Source: Fimbriosthenelais zetlandica
Lineage: Eukaryota
DNA: 64,000 nucleotides
NCBI GenBank assembly: GCA_977030845.1
Contig: OZ365109.1
Span: forward strand, 53,072,001-53,136,000
Direction: 5' to 3'
The notes below the pieces were generated by a model that saw only the letters and a program-made list of their open reading frames with translations, was not told where the DNA came from and searched no databases. Positions 1 through 11,500 of this stretch are shown piece after piece (position 1 is the first letter of the stretch; every line of letters starts with the position of its first letter). Both the position numbers and the translations under genes were made by a program.

Positions 1-841
1 CAATTGAAGTGCAAGGGACAAGACACAATAATTATGTTGTGGAAACTGGACCAATCTGTAGGGGACAAGACCCAGTCTGATGGGAAACTGGGCAAAACAG
101 CAGGGGACAAGCCTCTTGATGCTGCCCCCTGATATGTCTCTGAAATCACCAATTTATAGCCTCTATGGAACTGTTTTGTCTCTGTAATTATAGTTAACCT
201 CATGCAAGTCATATCCATTCATATATGGTAGCCCTATAACTGATTTTGATTAATCGTGGAAACGTTAGTGTCCTATGAAAAATGATATTTACAGTCAATT
301 ACCTTGACACTAGCGACGTTTCGCGGTGACCTTGCAGTTCTGCCCGCAGCCAAAAAAAACATGCATGCATTTCAGTCGCCACAGATGCAAATGAATCCTG
401 GGTAGAGCTGGATAGGAAGTAAGTTTTGGAAATGGATAATTTTGAGGCGAGCCCTGAGAGAGTCAAGAGAATGGATGTTATGATGATGAAACCCCCATGG
501 AATGTTGCATAGGGCTGTAGCATGACAAGAGCCTATTGTAGCAGATGGACACCTTGCTTATCCATTAGCACCAGCACGCTATGTTCCATATAGCCAGGCA
601 GCAAAACCCTCATTTACCCCACTCCTGAGAGGGTCCAGAGCTCAGGGCTGGGGTGGAGTGGTGCGAGTGATAACACAACATGAAGCTTTTACCTTGAGTT
701 AGGGCAGAAATATAGCTCGGGTTCAGAATTAATGAATAGGGCAGCCAAAGGAGTATAGGGATCTTCTGTTGAGAAGGTATCTTACGGTCATTTGTTACCG
801 ATTTTGCTGCTAACTCCTTTTGTGATTCAAATGTAGCCTAC

Positions 842-1422
842 TTGCTTAATCAAATAATGTAGTATATTGTTAGTCAGCAACAAGTATTCATTGGCTGGAG
901 TAGGAATTTTAGTGTTAAGTATTAGATGAAGGTCTCCAGGTCTTGTTCCCTGCAGATTGAGTCCAGTCGCCTGCAGATTGAGACCAAAGCCCCTCAGATA
1001 GACTGTTGATGGATAGAGAGCCTCTGGAGACCAAATCGTTGGGTGTGACACACCATCTTGACCGGTTTCTACTGCCATGTTTTGGTGTCGACTCTCACAG
1101 TGTTTCTGTTAGGTGAAAAGTAATTAATCTGTTCCAACACCGTGTCAGAGACACCTTTATTGTGTATAATACTCTTGATGTTAAACTTGTGCAGCGAACC
1201 TGATATAAAACTTTAATTACTCGAGATCTTCTGATAGGATACCTGTCTACCTGTCTGTATTGAGTCACTCCACTGGAGTTGATATCCCTAAAACATTCCT
1301 CCAAGAAAATGGGGACCTTGAGCCACTCGTGGTTGATGTGATAGAGTGGATGGAATAGAATGCAGCAAGTGCCGTATCTGCAATAGAATAGACAGCAGGG
1401 CTAGCCATAACAAAAGTCGCAT
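842..1422 (-). other. Possible exons of an unidentified secreted-protein gene or pseudogene downstream of the nAChR gene
   Basis: A 44-aa ORF at 1288..1422 begins with signal-peptide-like MRLLLWLALLSILLQI. There is a donor-like CAG|GTAGAC at 1250 and an acceptor ttttcacctaacag| opening an 88-codon frame at 1105..842. Joining these needs a 1-nt frameshift. No homology recognised. Confidence 0.2.
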
Positions 1423-4400
1423 TCGAAGTCGTCTTCGTTATGACTGACACCTGACAATCTGTAAATCTGCAGATATACTTATTTCGTGATAGCTAAACGT
1501 TTATGTCTTGAGGGAAGACACCGGGCAGACGAAAAAATTAGCACAAACTTGAGAAAAGGACGCGCTGTCGCCTGTAGCCCATGAATATTAAAATGGCTAG
1601 GGCATGCTAATTCAACATGGCTGCTTGTCAGTAAATAGAGCAAGGAGAATGGGCTGCAATGCGAATGTCTGTATTTCCAGAGCTGTAACGATTGCAGGCC
1701 TCCAGACTTGTAGGAAAAATGCCCGAAAAAAACATTGCACTTTGCTTAATTATTCCTTCCACACATTATGGATTAAGTTAACTTTCCAACAGCGCGAATA
1801 TAATGATTTGACTACTGCTGTCATGCGAGAGGAAGCTTTTAAATATTTGCACATGATAAGCAATCACATTAAGTTGGAATCAATGTATTGTATTGTCCTT
1901 AATTGTGAAAGTCTATAGTGGTTGTCAGATTTTCACTTGATTGAAGATTGAACATACAAGACCAAAAATTGAAAAGTTTTGTGTAGAAAATGTAAAACTT
2001 GACTACTATTTAAATATACCAAACCACTTTCGTTCTTTTTTAAAACTTTGAGCAATAAGCCCCATATTATGTTTTAAGCAATGAAGAAGTAATTAAGTAA
2101 AGGATAATTGAAGAAATGATAATAATTGCTGTTTTCATTTGGTTGTGTAAAATATTTTCATCAGGTAGCGGGGATTGGCATTCAGAATCCAGCAGGATCA
2201 CTGGGATGCTCCCCTTGTTATTTTTAGGAATCGTTAATGCATATCCCATGCCAATGAACTTTTTCTCATTCATAGACGGGTTCTCCAGTCTTTAAGAGGC
2301 ATTTTATCCTGGTGCATTTTACGGTTGGCGACTTGCTCTGAATAATGGAGATATTAAGTGGCAGCAGAATTTCAATATCTCTCTTTTTGAAGCTGATGTT
2401 TTAATTTTTAAACTAAACCTATCGATGATTTTTCTGTATCAAGATAGGCATGAGCATCCCTACTCTTCTGAAAAAAACTCGAATCTTTATGTCCTTTTCC
2501 TTTTTGAGGGGTGTCTGGATACTTGCTGACTATAATAATGTATGTGTATGTTTAGTTGTCATGTTTATTTCTGTGTAGAATATTATCATGACTCTTGAAT
2601 CATGTAGATAGGAGTCTGGTGGCCAGCATAAAGCCAAAATCACTTCCGGTCAACCTACACGCATGACTAGTTTTCTATTCCGGATGATGTGGACGGAAAT
2701 CCAGTCTATACCAAACCAGTCCTCGGTTAGAAATCCCCTCCTTACTTATTTTCCACCAAAACTTTCCGACTTATTATTTGTTTTAAAGGTAAACGCTAGT
2801 TATCTTTTTCTACTAACTTCGTAATTATCGTATCTCCAAAGGATTATATTATTTAAGTTTAAGGTATTACGTTCATATATGACCAATATGACCAAGGGCA
2901 AGTTGAATTTTTATCAGACAAACCTCATTTTAATTGATCTAATCGATATTTAAGTAACTTCGTTACATATTTAGTAAATTTAAGTACCATTCCCATGATG
3001 ACAAAATGTCAGTCACGCTTGATCATGACAACACAAAATGAAGCCATTCTTCACTTGAGCATTTCGTGCTTAACCCAATGAGCCTGCGGGCAGTGTCTCA
3101 AGCTACGACCCGTGGAATTAAGTGCCATCGCTGTGGGGCTGGCTGCGCTATTGTATGACCAGGAGAGGATATGAGTTTATCCCCAGCTTCAGCCAGTACT
3201 TTAAGCTCATCAACCTTCTACCCCCTTGGTCACCATTGGCCATGACACCTTAGGGAATATTGCCGGGGTCAGAATGCTATCAGTTCATGGCTCGAAGCCA
3301 CACTGAGGGATGGTGTGTGGAGGGCAAAAAGCGATGGGACGTGCTGGAGTGGGCTGGCTGGTAGGGAAGCCAGAGAGACTGGTAGGGGAGTGACATGCAA
3401 TGCTGCATCCTCCAGGGAACTTGCTCCTGAAGGAAGGGCGTCTGTTGAGACTGGTTTGACCCGAGGAGGACGCCTGCTCCTAGTCCTGTAGTCCGGTAGA
3501 TAACACCCTAACCTGCAGCCGTTACCAACATGGAAATGCTGGTGCCACACGCAATGGGAACATCTACTAAACTGGTTAGCAGATACTGCTCAGGTGATCA
3601 ATTACACGGCATTAGTTTAACTTGGGCGTCAAATAACAGATTTATCTAATTGAGATATATCCAAATTAAGTACTGAATAGCCAACATTTTCATTCCATCA
3701 CTAAGTAAGTATGTAAAAACTATGCAGTAATCATGCAGTCAAACTGAAAAACCCAACTTAGCAATGTTTATTAATAAGATTATACTGACATAATCGGATG
3801 GAATATCCTTGTACCAAGGCTGAATAAGGAACAATAATGACGCTAAATTCATATTACATACTGTATTCCGTGGCTGTGAGTTTTGGGGGTCTCTAGATGA
3901 CTGTTTTGGGGTATTTTCTTTTATAATATATTCTTCACAAAAGAATATTCAATTTAATCATTGTTAAAGGTGTCTTCATTAGAGAAGGATGCTTTCGTTG
4001 GACCGGCCATGCACGAATTTTGCGTTGTGTGCTTGACAAAGGTGCTTCTTCTATCTAGCTACTTAGTGTTGATCCTTCCCATTTTATATCATTTTCATTG
4101 ACACTGAGAGAACCATAACCCCCTTTGCAATTTGAATAGATCTCTTACCCCCAACTAACTCTATATAGGTTAGCTTTTTGAATCCTGTTTTGGAGATTGA
4201 TGATTATATTAACGAGGGTGGTCAAATTTTTATTTGACTTACTATATAACATCTTCTGAAGATTTATTTCTTTTAATTAAAAAAAGGAACAAATACAACA
4301 GGTAAAAATATTTTACATTTTTATTATAAAACATGACTCTATTAAAGTATTCAAGCCTCTGGATAAAAACCATGGGTGATACATCAATTGCTTTGGAGGA

Positions 4401-4730
4401 ACTACTGATTCATTGTCATGCAGTATTATGTATCATTCCTTGCATTGCAGGCCACAACGCCCCATCCTTTACCACAGAAAATGCCTTCATTTTAGAACAA
4501 ACAACAACTTACTGAGTAACATTTAGTCATTAGAGGTATTGCATAATCCTTATCAGCTTCTGTAGTACAATGTAATACAATCATTTTTTTTATTTAGAAA
4601 TCTCGATACATTTCTTCTTCACTGTCCTTTCTGAGAATCGTTGTAAAATCTAGAGAAAGCGTAACAGTTGATCTGTAAGGAATACGCATCTTTATGACTT
4701 AATATCATTATTATAATAATAATCTCTCAT

Positions 4731-4765
4731 AGTGAGTGAGTGAGTGAGTGAGTGAGTGAGTGAGT
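4731..4765. repeat. (AGTG)n tetranucleotide microsatellite, about 8.75 units, probably in or near the nAChR 3'UTR
   Basis: agtgagtgagtgagtgagtgagtgagtgagtgagt read directly. Confidence 0.97.
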
Positions 4766-4921
4766 TAAGTCTGGACAGAGGAATGCAGTCGTCTGGAATG
4801 TGAACGCTGGCGAATATTGAGTAACGATCATAAAAAAGAAAGTTAGTAATACCCTGCAGGAAGTTATAACAAGATAGAAATGAATGGAACAACTTGCTAA
4901 CATCATTAGATCATTTTTTGG

Positions 4922-5176
4922 CAGGGATGCAAGTTTGCAGGCAAATTCCTGCCCTTTTCCAAGCATATTCAGTAAATTGCGAATTTCACTTAACATCTTG
5001 ATTTTCAGAATCGTAGATTTTTGACCTATTTAAAAAAGAATTAGGGAAGACAGGGTCTAAATATTTCAGAAATAAATATAATGGTAATATTCGTTAAATA
5101 ACAGTTCGCATACTGTATATTATGTCCCTTGAGAGATGGTCCTCAGGATTTGTGAATTTTCCGTGTAGCATCCCTA
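4922..5176. mobile_element. Possible degenerate hAT-like MITE
   Basis: Termini CAGGGATGC ... GCATCCCTA (8/9 inverted match, hAT-like YAGGGATG ends), with loosely related subterminal CAAAT(T)CCTG. No 8-bp TSD visible. Confidence 0.22.
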
Positions 5177-5380
5177 CTGTTGTACATTCAGTGACACCAT
5201 TATTTTAGAATCTCCAAGTCTTTCCTCTCCTTCTCATATTATTCTCTTCTTCATCACATCGATATGGATATAAAAAGGGGTAAAAATGTAACCTCTCTGT
5301 ATATAATACATCTGTAGTGATTCCTATGTACAACTTATGTACATACACATTATTTAGTCCATTTATATTATTATATTGTA

Positions 5381-5527
5381 TTAGTTTATGTTGAGTGGCT
5401 CCCGGTCGTCATATAACGTGGGTGCTTGTAGTATTATACCAAATGTACCAACTACACAAGCTGTGGTGAAAATCCAGAGGAAAAGGCGATCTAGAACAAG
5501 CGCTACATACTTCCAATCCTCCTTAAT
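5381..5527 (-). CDS. CHRNA: nAChR alpha coding exon 5 (M4 and C-terminus: [48 protein letters not shown])
   Basis: Not in the ORF track. cctttgcag|ATTAAGGAGGATTGGAAG, phase 0, TAA at 5383-5381. Confidence 0.97.
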   Translation of the reverse strand: MKEDWKYVALVLDRLFLWIFTTACVVGTFGIILQAPTLYDDREPLNIN

Positions 5528-8500
5528 CTGCAAAGGAAAGTGCGAGAAGATTAATCACTTGCCTAATTAATTAGCTCTTGTAGGAGCCTCTGACGATGTG
5601 CTGTGTGTGTAATTGGTTGTTATGGCTCACAATATCCTATTAGCCAAGCTGGAAGATATAAGTCATGGGGTACATAAATTGAGACATGCTGCCATGCAGG
5701 GTTGACTATGGTCCAAGACCATGCCAATGTTGGCTAGGGTAGGCCTTTATAACCACCTTGAGATAATGGCTAATATATACGGTCATAGAATACCATAGTA
5801 TGTTATAAGTTATATTAGCATACTTCTGTAGGGCGACAGTTGCTTTTTATGCAGCTCTTAAAGACCTTTAAATCTCCATTAGAAACAAGTGTGTCCAAAT
5901 TATTTAACATATTGCTCATGCAGTAACAACTATAATGGCTGGGCTGTACTGTCATTTGCTTGACCTAAATGCCAAATTATAATATGGAGCACAAGCTGAA
6001 GAATCTTTTTCTATGGGATTATAGGGCACGAAGACCGAATGTCAACTTGCTATACTCTCTTTAGTATATCAACAAATCATAGAACGTGGCAACGACATAA
6101 ATCCACTTTCTGGTTCATGTCGGCGGTAAATGCTGGACCATGCACTATGGGATTTTGTTGAATTGTTGAATAGAGCACAGAAAAAGGGTTGGAGTGTACT
6201 AAATGTATTTAGAAACACGTATGTTACCGTACAAATTCCTTATTTTGATGATCTATTGAAATGATCGTGTAAAGATTAGATGGTCCCTTTTAAAACCTTA
6301 ACAAAAAACTTAATTTGACTGACAAGCTCCATAGATGTGATTTTCAGCTATCAGCCAGAGCGGCTGAACTTTTTTCCTGGTCGCTAAGCTGGAAATTAGC
6401 TAAAACGTTGCGTATTCTATTTGCTGAAGCAAACAAGCCCCGCTCCCGTTTTTTTTTGTAAACATCTTTTTAAAAAAAGTTTTCCAGTCATACTTTAACC
6501 CATCAGCATTTTGAGCTGTCACACACAGCTTTATGCCTTTATGCACTTGGGAACGTCATTGATGAGGTTTCAATCTCCTGCAGATTGCTTTAGAGCACGG
6601 GAGCTGCCATCCCCTCCCAACTCTGCAAAATATTTATTCCCACATGGATAAACAGCCATCTCTGCAAGGTGGTTGCGGTGAAACAATGCCAAAAACTATT
6701 GCGAGTCAGTTGGGAATTAGACAAACTTTTCCTAGACTACGTGTATGCTGAAATGGAGGTCCCTGTCTCGAGACATTTCCTTAAAGGTCATTAACACATA
6801 ATTGTTTCTGCTGAAACTTTATATGACACGTCTAAAGCGAACGCTGTCTTGGGCAGTTGGCCTCGACTTGAATTACGGTCAAGGCATAATGCATACGCTG
6901 CCAAGAGCGAAGGAACCTCCCTCAAAAGATAGTTACTGAGTGGAGATCCCGTGTACTGCTAAAGGTCGTGACACTATCCACTCTGTCACTTGATATCTTT
7001 TACTTATTTGGGGCTGAGTCATGGGTGTCTTAATTGAAATGATGGGAAGGCGACTCAGTCATCCGGTCAATGCAAGTTACTAAATGTACTAGTGGATTAA
7101 ATCATCCACCAGTCATTACAATGACACCATGAGAGACAAGGGGCAAAAAAACATCTTGTGAAATATTGTTGTGAACCTAAAAGATGAACCTTACAGTTCT
7201 TTTGCTTGGCAATTGTACCACGAGTTCTTACTTATATACATGGAATCAAGGTACTGCGCTTAATAGCAATAGACAATAGAATAGTATATCTTTGGAAAAC
7301 GTTCTCCCTGGATACCCCTGATAGATCTTTCACTGCGCCAGGATCTATTTTAAAGAAGAAAGGTTAGATCACATCTGGTATGGTTATACCTGAAGAAGCA
7401 CCTGGGTTTACCTGGGGTATCATCTTAAATGACCATCCAGGGTCCAAGGATGCTTCCATGCATGGACCAAAATGTCCATGTACATCGATGGAAGGGGGTT
7501 GGTGGGTGGATGGATGGGAGGAAAGTAAACTCCGAAACCATTTTAATTTAGTCATAATTGATAAAGAGGAAATTAAGATGTATAGTGAAAGAGAATAGTG
7601 GAAGGGGAGGGGAACAAAGGAATATTATTGTAGGACCCCATAGCTGTTTCTTCTCATGTTTGGATAAATATATTTGGGAGCACAAAATAATACAGTAAAA
7701 CTTAACAGTTAAATTTATTATATTGTTCGTTGGGCGTGCAAATTGATGCATCGATGTAAGCAAATATGATTTATTAGACATCAAGATTAATGTTGTACAC
7801 TATTTGTTTCCGAGTTAAAGAGAAAAACCAGGATGTCATTATCACTTCAGGCACAGTGCCAATATCAATAGATACGTGGGGAAATCTGTTTGTTTGTGGC
7901 TGAAGGCGTAAAACCGTCTCTTGCCTGTGTAAAACATACTTTACACGACTCCCGGAGGACATGGGGAAAAAGGTGCACGTTTTCACATGGTACCAATAAA
8001 AGGTCCTTGAACCTTTTTGGACTGGTAATGTAAAAGAATCATGATAATTTGATGAATTAGGATCGGGCATCCAAAGAGTATTTTTCTGCTCCAGGTGCTG
8101 CTCTTGTTCCGTCAACAATTTCCCTTTGGGTCTCTCTTCTTTACCTCAATGCCAGGGGGTCTCAAGGCCAAGGGCTTAAAAAGATGGCTATGGCTTCTAT
8201 GGGGATGCGCAGGGTGATGCAAAATGAAGGACCAAAAGAACACCAAGTAAAACAAACATTGGCTCCGAGAATACTGAATTACTTTATATCTCTGCTTATA
8301 TTTAAACGTTTCATGAGAAACTTTGGGAATACTCTGATATCTTCTTAATATTTACTCTGGATTGTTTACCATGTACATACTGTTTTTCATGCTGAGTTTC
8401 TTGAATATGATTTCCTCCTGATTCCTTCTATTTAATTCCATTCATTAACATGTGAATATATTATTCTATACGTCAGAAAGCCAATGTTGAATATTAGAAG

Positions 8501-11500
8501 AAGATTGAAGGAAAGGAATTGATTTAAGAAAAAAATCAAAGAAAAAAATATCGTTCAACTTTCATGGAATCCACATAATGAATGCTTTGGACTGTATATG
8601 TAAATGAGAGAAGCCAGACTTGGAATTATAAAAATCACAATAATTTTCATCCCTTTCCTCGTCTTACTGTGGGAGAAACTTCACACGACAAACCACAATT
8701 ATTTGTGTTTCTTCGCGGACGACACACTGCCGTCATCTGGCTAATTGCCTGATTTTAAGGATCACGTGACACAAGGGAACGCCAACACCTAGCCCCGCTA
8801 TCAATTAAGTCAGTGTGATCAATCAGGACTGTCCTTACTCTGTCAGCTTCGCTCCCAACATGATGACATACTAAAGAAATCGATGGCTCCTCGCGGGCCA
8901 CTTTTTTTTATACCCGGGGTTCTGGAGTTGGTGAGGGATAAATGGAAGAAGTGCTGAGCAATATGATTCATATATAATCTGAAACTTGTAGAACGTCATA
9001 TTTCCATGGTGCTCTCAGTGTCCAATATGGCTGAGAGAACAGAATTGCAGCCATGACTCAGAACTATAGACTCTAAGAACCAGAAGTCAAGCTGTTTTCC
9101 AATCTGTGGCTAATACACTGGTTGATGTCCAGCCTTGTATCAGCAGAAGTTGCTACATTAATCAGTGAACTGCAAGCGTCCCATGTTTGACGGCTGGCCT
9201 CAAAAGAATAAGGTCTAACAACTCAATTTCCAGGACCTCATTTGCATAATATTAATCGTCTTGAAGATGTGCTAAAAACTTGTCAGGAAATTGGTCAATC
9301 TAGATGCCTTGTAATTACTCTGCAAAAAAAACTGCCACCCACCAAGGTCTGTTTTGCTTGAATGCCACTCAGATAATTAAGAAAGCAAGGAATAATAACG
9401 TCATGTGGCAATAATAGAAAGAAATGAAGATCTAAGATGAATACCGAAAGTGAAACAAAAAGTCTATAATATAGGCAACAAATTATCTGCTATTGTCACG
9501 AGCCAGCCGTTGCCGTCCTGCTTCCATATAGTTGCTGATATAAAAAAGCCGTCAAGAAAGCTTGCATCATCTCTTCAATGTTCCATTATAGAGCCATGAT
9601 AAATCACCGGGCCAGCAATTAAATCACACTCGGGACATAACTCGCCATTTCCCTCCACTCCCAAATTAATGGCCAACCCAGCTCGATCTTGATCACTGAA
9701 ATGAGGCCCGTTTGGAATATTTTATCCGCCGAAGCAATTTGCCAAGCATAAGGAAGCCGGAAATGCATTCATGACTTGATTCTCATAATCATTATCAAGC
9801 ATGTGTAGATTGTGAGAATTGTCAAAGCAAATGTAGGTCAATGAAAGTCTGTAATTAAAGTTGTGTACACGCTTGATGGCACAATGATAAATTATACAGG
9901 GTGATTAGTAAGGATAAGTAGTCTTTTGTGATGCAAAGACTAAAAGACAGTATGATGCATCACCTAATGCCGTCTATCTTACATCCCGCTTGTCTTCGTT
10001 CGCAGGGACAAAAAAAGGCCTTAACATATTTGTGTGATCCATAGAGACTATATGGATTTCAGGGACATTTAGTTATTTCCCTTAGGGTGATAAGACACAC
10101 AAGGTGGCTGGCTCGAAAAACAGGAAAGAAAGAATAGCAGCGAAATGTTATAATATGTTCAAAGAAGTGGATCAGATGACATATCTGGATGGGACATATG
10201 GATCGGACATATTGCATAAATACATATCGGTGGCGAAAACTCTATTGCAGCATACTTGATATGTACTGCCCAGCTTTAAATACCACCTTCAAAAGAAAGT
10301 TTCGAACTATAACAGAAACTTGTGATAGAATTTTTCCTGTCCACCTGTAGTGTAAAGTACAGTGTATGAGAAAGAAATGTTTAACAAAAACTTAATTTAT
10401 GCCAAAAGAATCTACGCATATTTTGAGAGGTCTACTTACCTGTATTTACCACAGTAATAACAACCAAAAACCCAGTATAAACATTGTACTTGAGACAAAA
10501 CATGACATATTGACCCTGACTTGACCCTGTACACTTACATTGGATGCATCGTCCTCTTCCTTCAGGTGTTCGGCTATGTACCTCACGCCCTCTATAGCTT
10601 TGATTACCTCCGGTGTATAATTGGCCCTGGCGGCTAGTCCAGGACCTAAGTCAGTATCGAGGTCATCTGTGCCTCCTCCCCCAGCCATCATGCCGGGATA
10701 GTTGCCCATGTTGTCGTATGTGAGATCTCGCGATAACCGTGCGCCCTCAGCGCCGTACGAGTCCCTGATCTCCACACCGTTACATGTGCGAACGACGACC
10801 TTGGGCGCGCGGTCACGATCGATGTGCGGTCTGCGCATGATGAGAAGGCGTGGCAGGATGTTGAGGAAGACTTTGCGCACCCAGGGCGACATGGTGTGAG
10901 TGGCTGGAGACCGGAAGTGGACGTTGAGGACGATAACAGTGACGATGATGGAGAGAGTGACGAGGATCATGGTGAAGAGTAGATACTTGCCGATGAGCGG
11001 CACCACCAGCGATGTCGGAGGGATGATCTCAGCCAACAGGAGGAAGAAAACGGTGAGAGAGAGCAGAATAGAGATACACAAAGTAATCTTCTCGCCACTG
11101 TCAGAGGGCAGGTAGAAGACCAGTACTGTGAGAAAACTAATGGCCACACAGGGGATGATGAGGTTCACCGTGTGGAACAGTGTCTTACGTCTCATGGTGA
11201 TATTAAATGTTATATCAGGGTACGGTTCACTGCAGCAAGTGTAATATTTCTCGTTTTTGCGAGCGGGAACGCTAAGTAAATCCCATTCAACGGACCGATA
11301 GAAATCTTTCAGGTCGATACCATTAGAAATCATTTCTAAATCATCGACCCCCGCAGCTTCTTGTCCTATGTGTTTCAGATCCACTTGGTAACCGTCATAG
11401 GTCCACGATCCGAACTTTAACGTACATAGTTGTTCGTCGAATGGGAAAAACTCAACATTTATTGTGCAAGAACTTTTGTAGATTGCTGGAGGTTCCCAGT

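Noticed and set aside
3269-3550. GC-rich Pro/Ser-rich ORF as an exon of a neighbouring gene
   Set aside because: Two frames are open because of low-complexity composition, and there are no convincing splice sites or homology.
10702-11149. ORFs 10702..10899, 10900..11115 and 10967..11149
   Set aside because: These are antisense or off-frame shadows of the GC-rich receptor exon.
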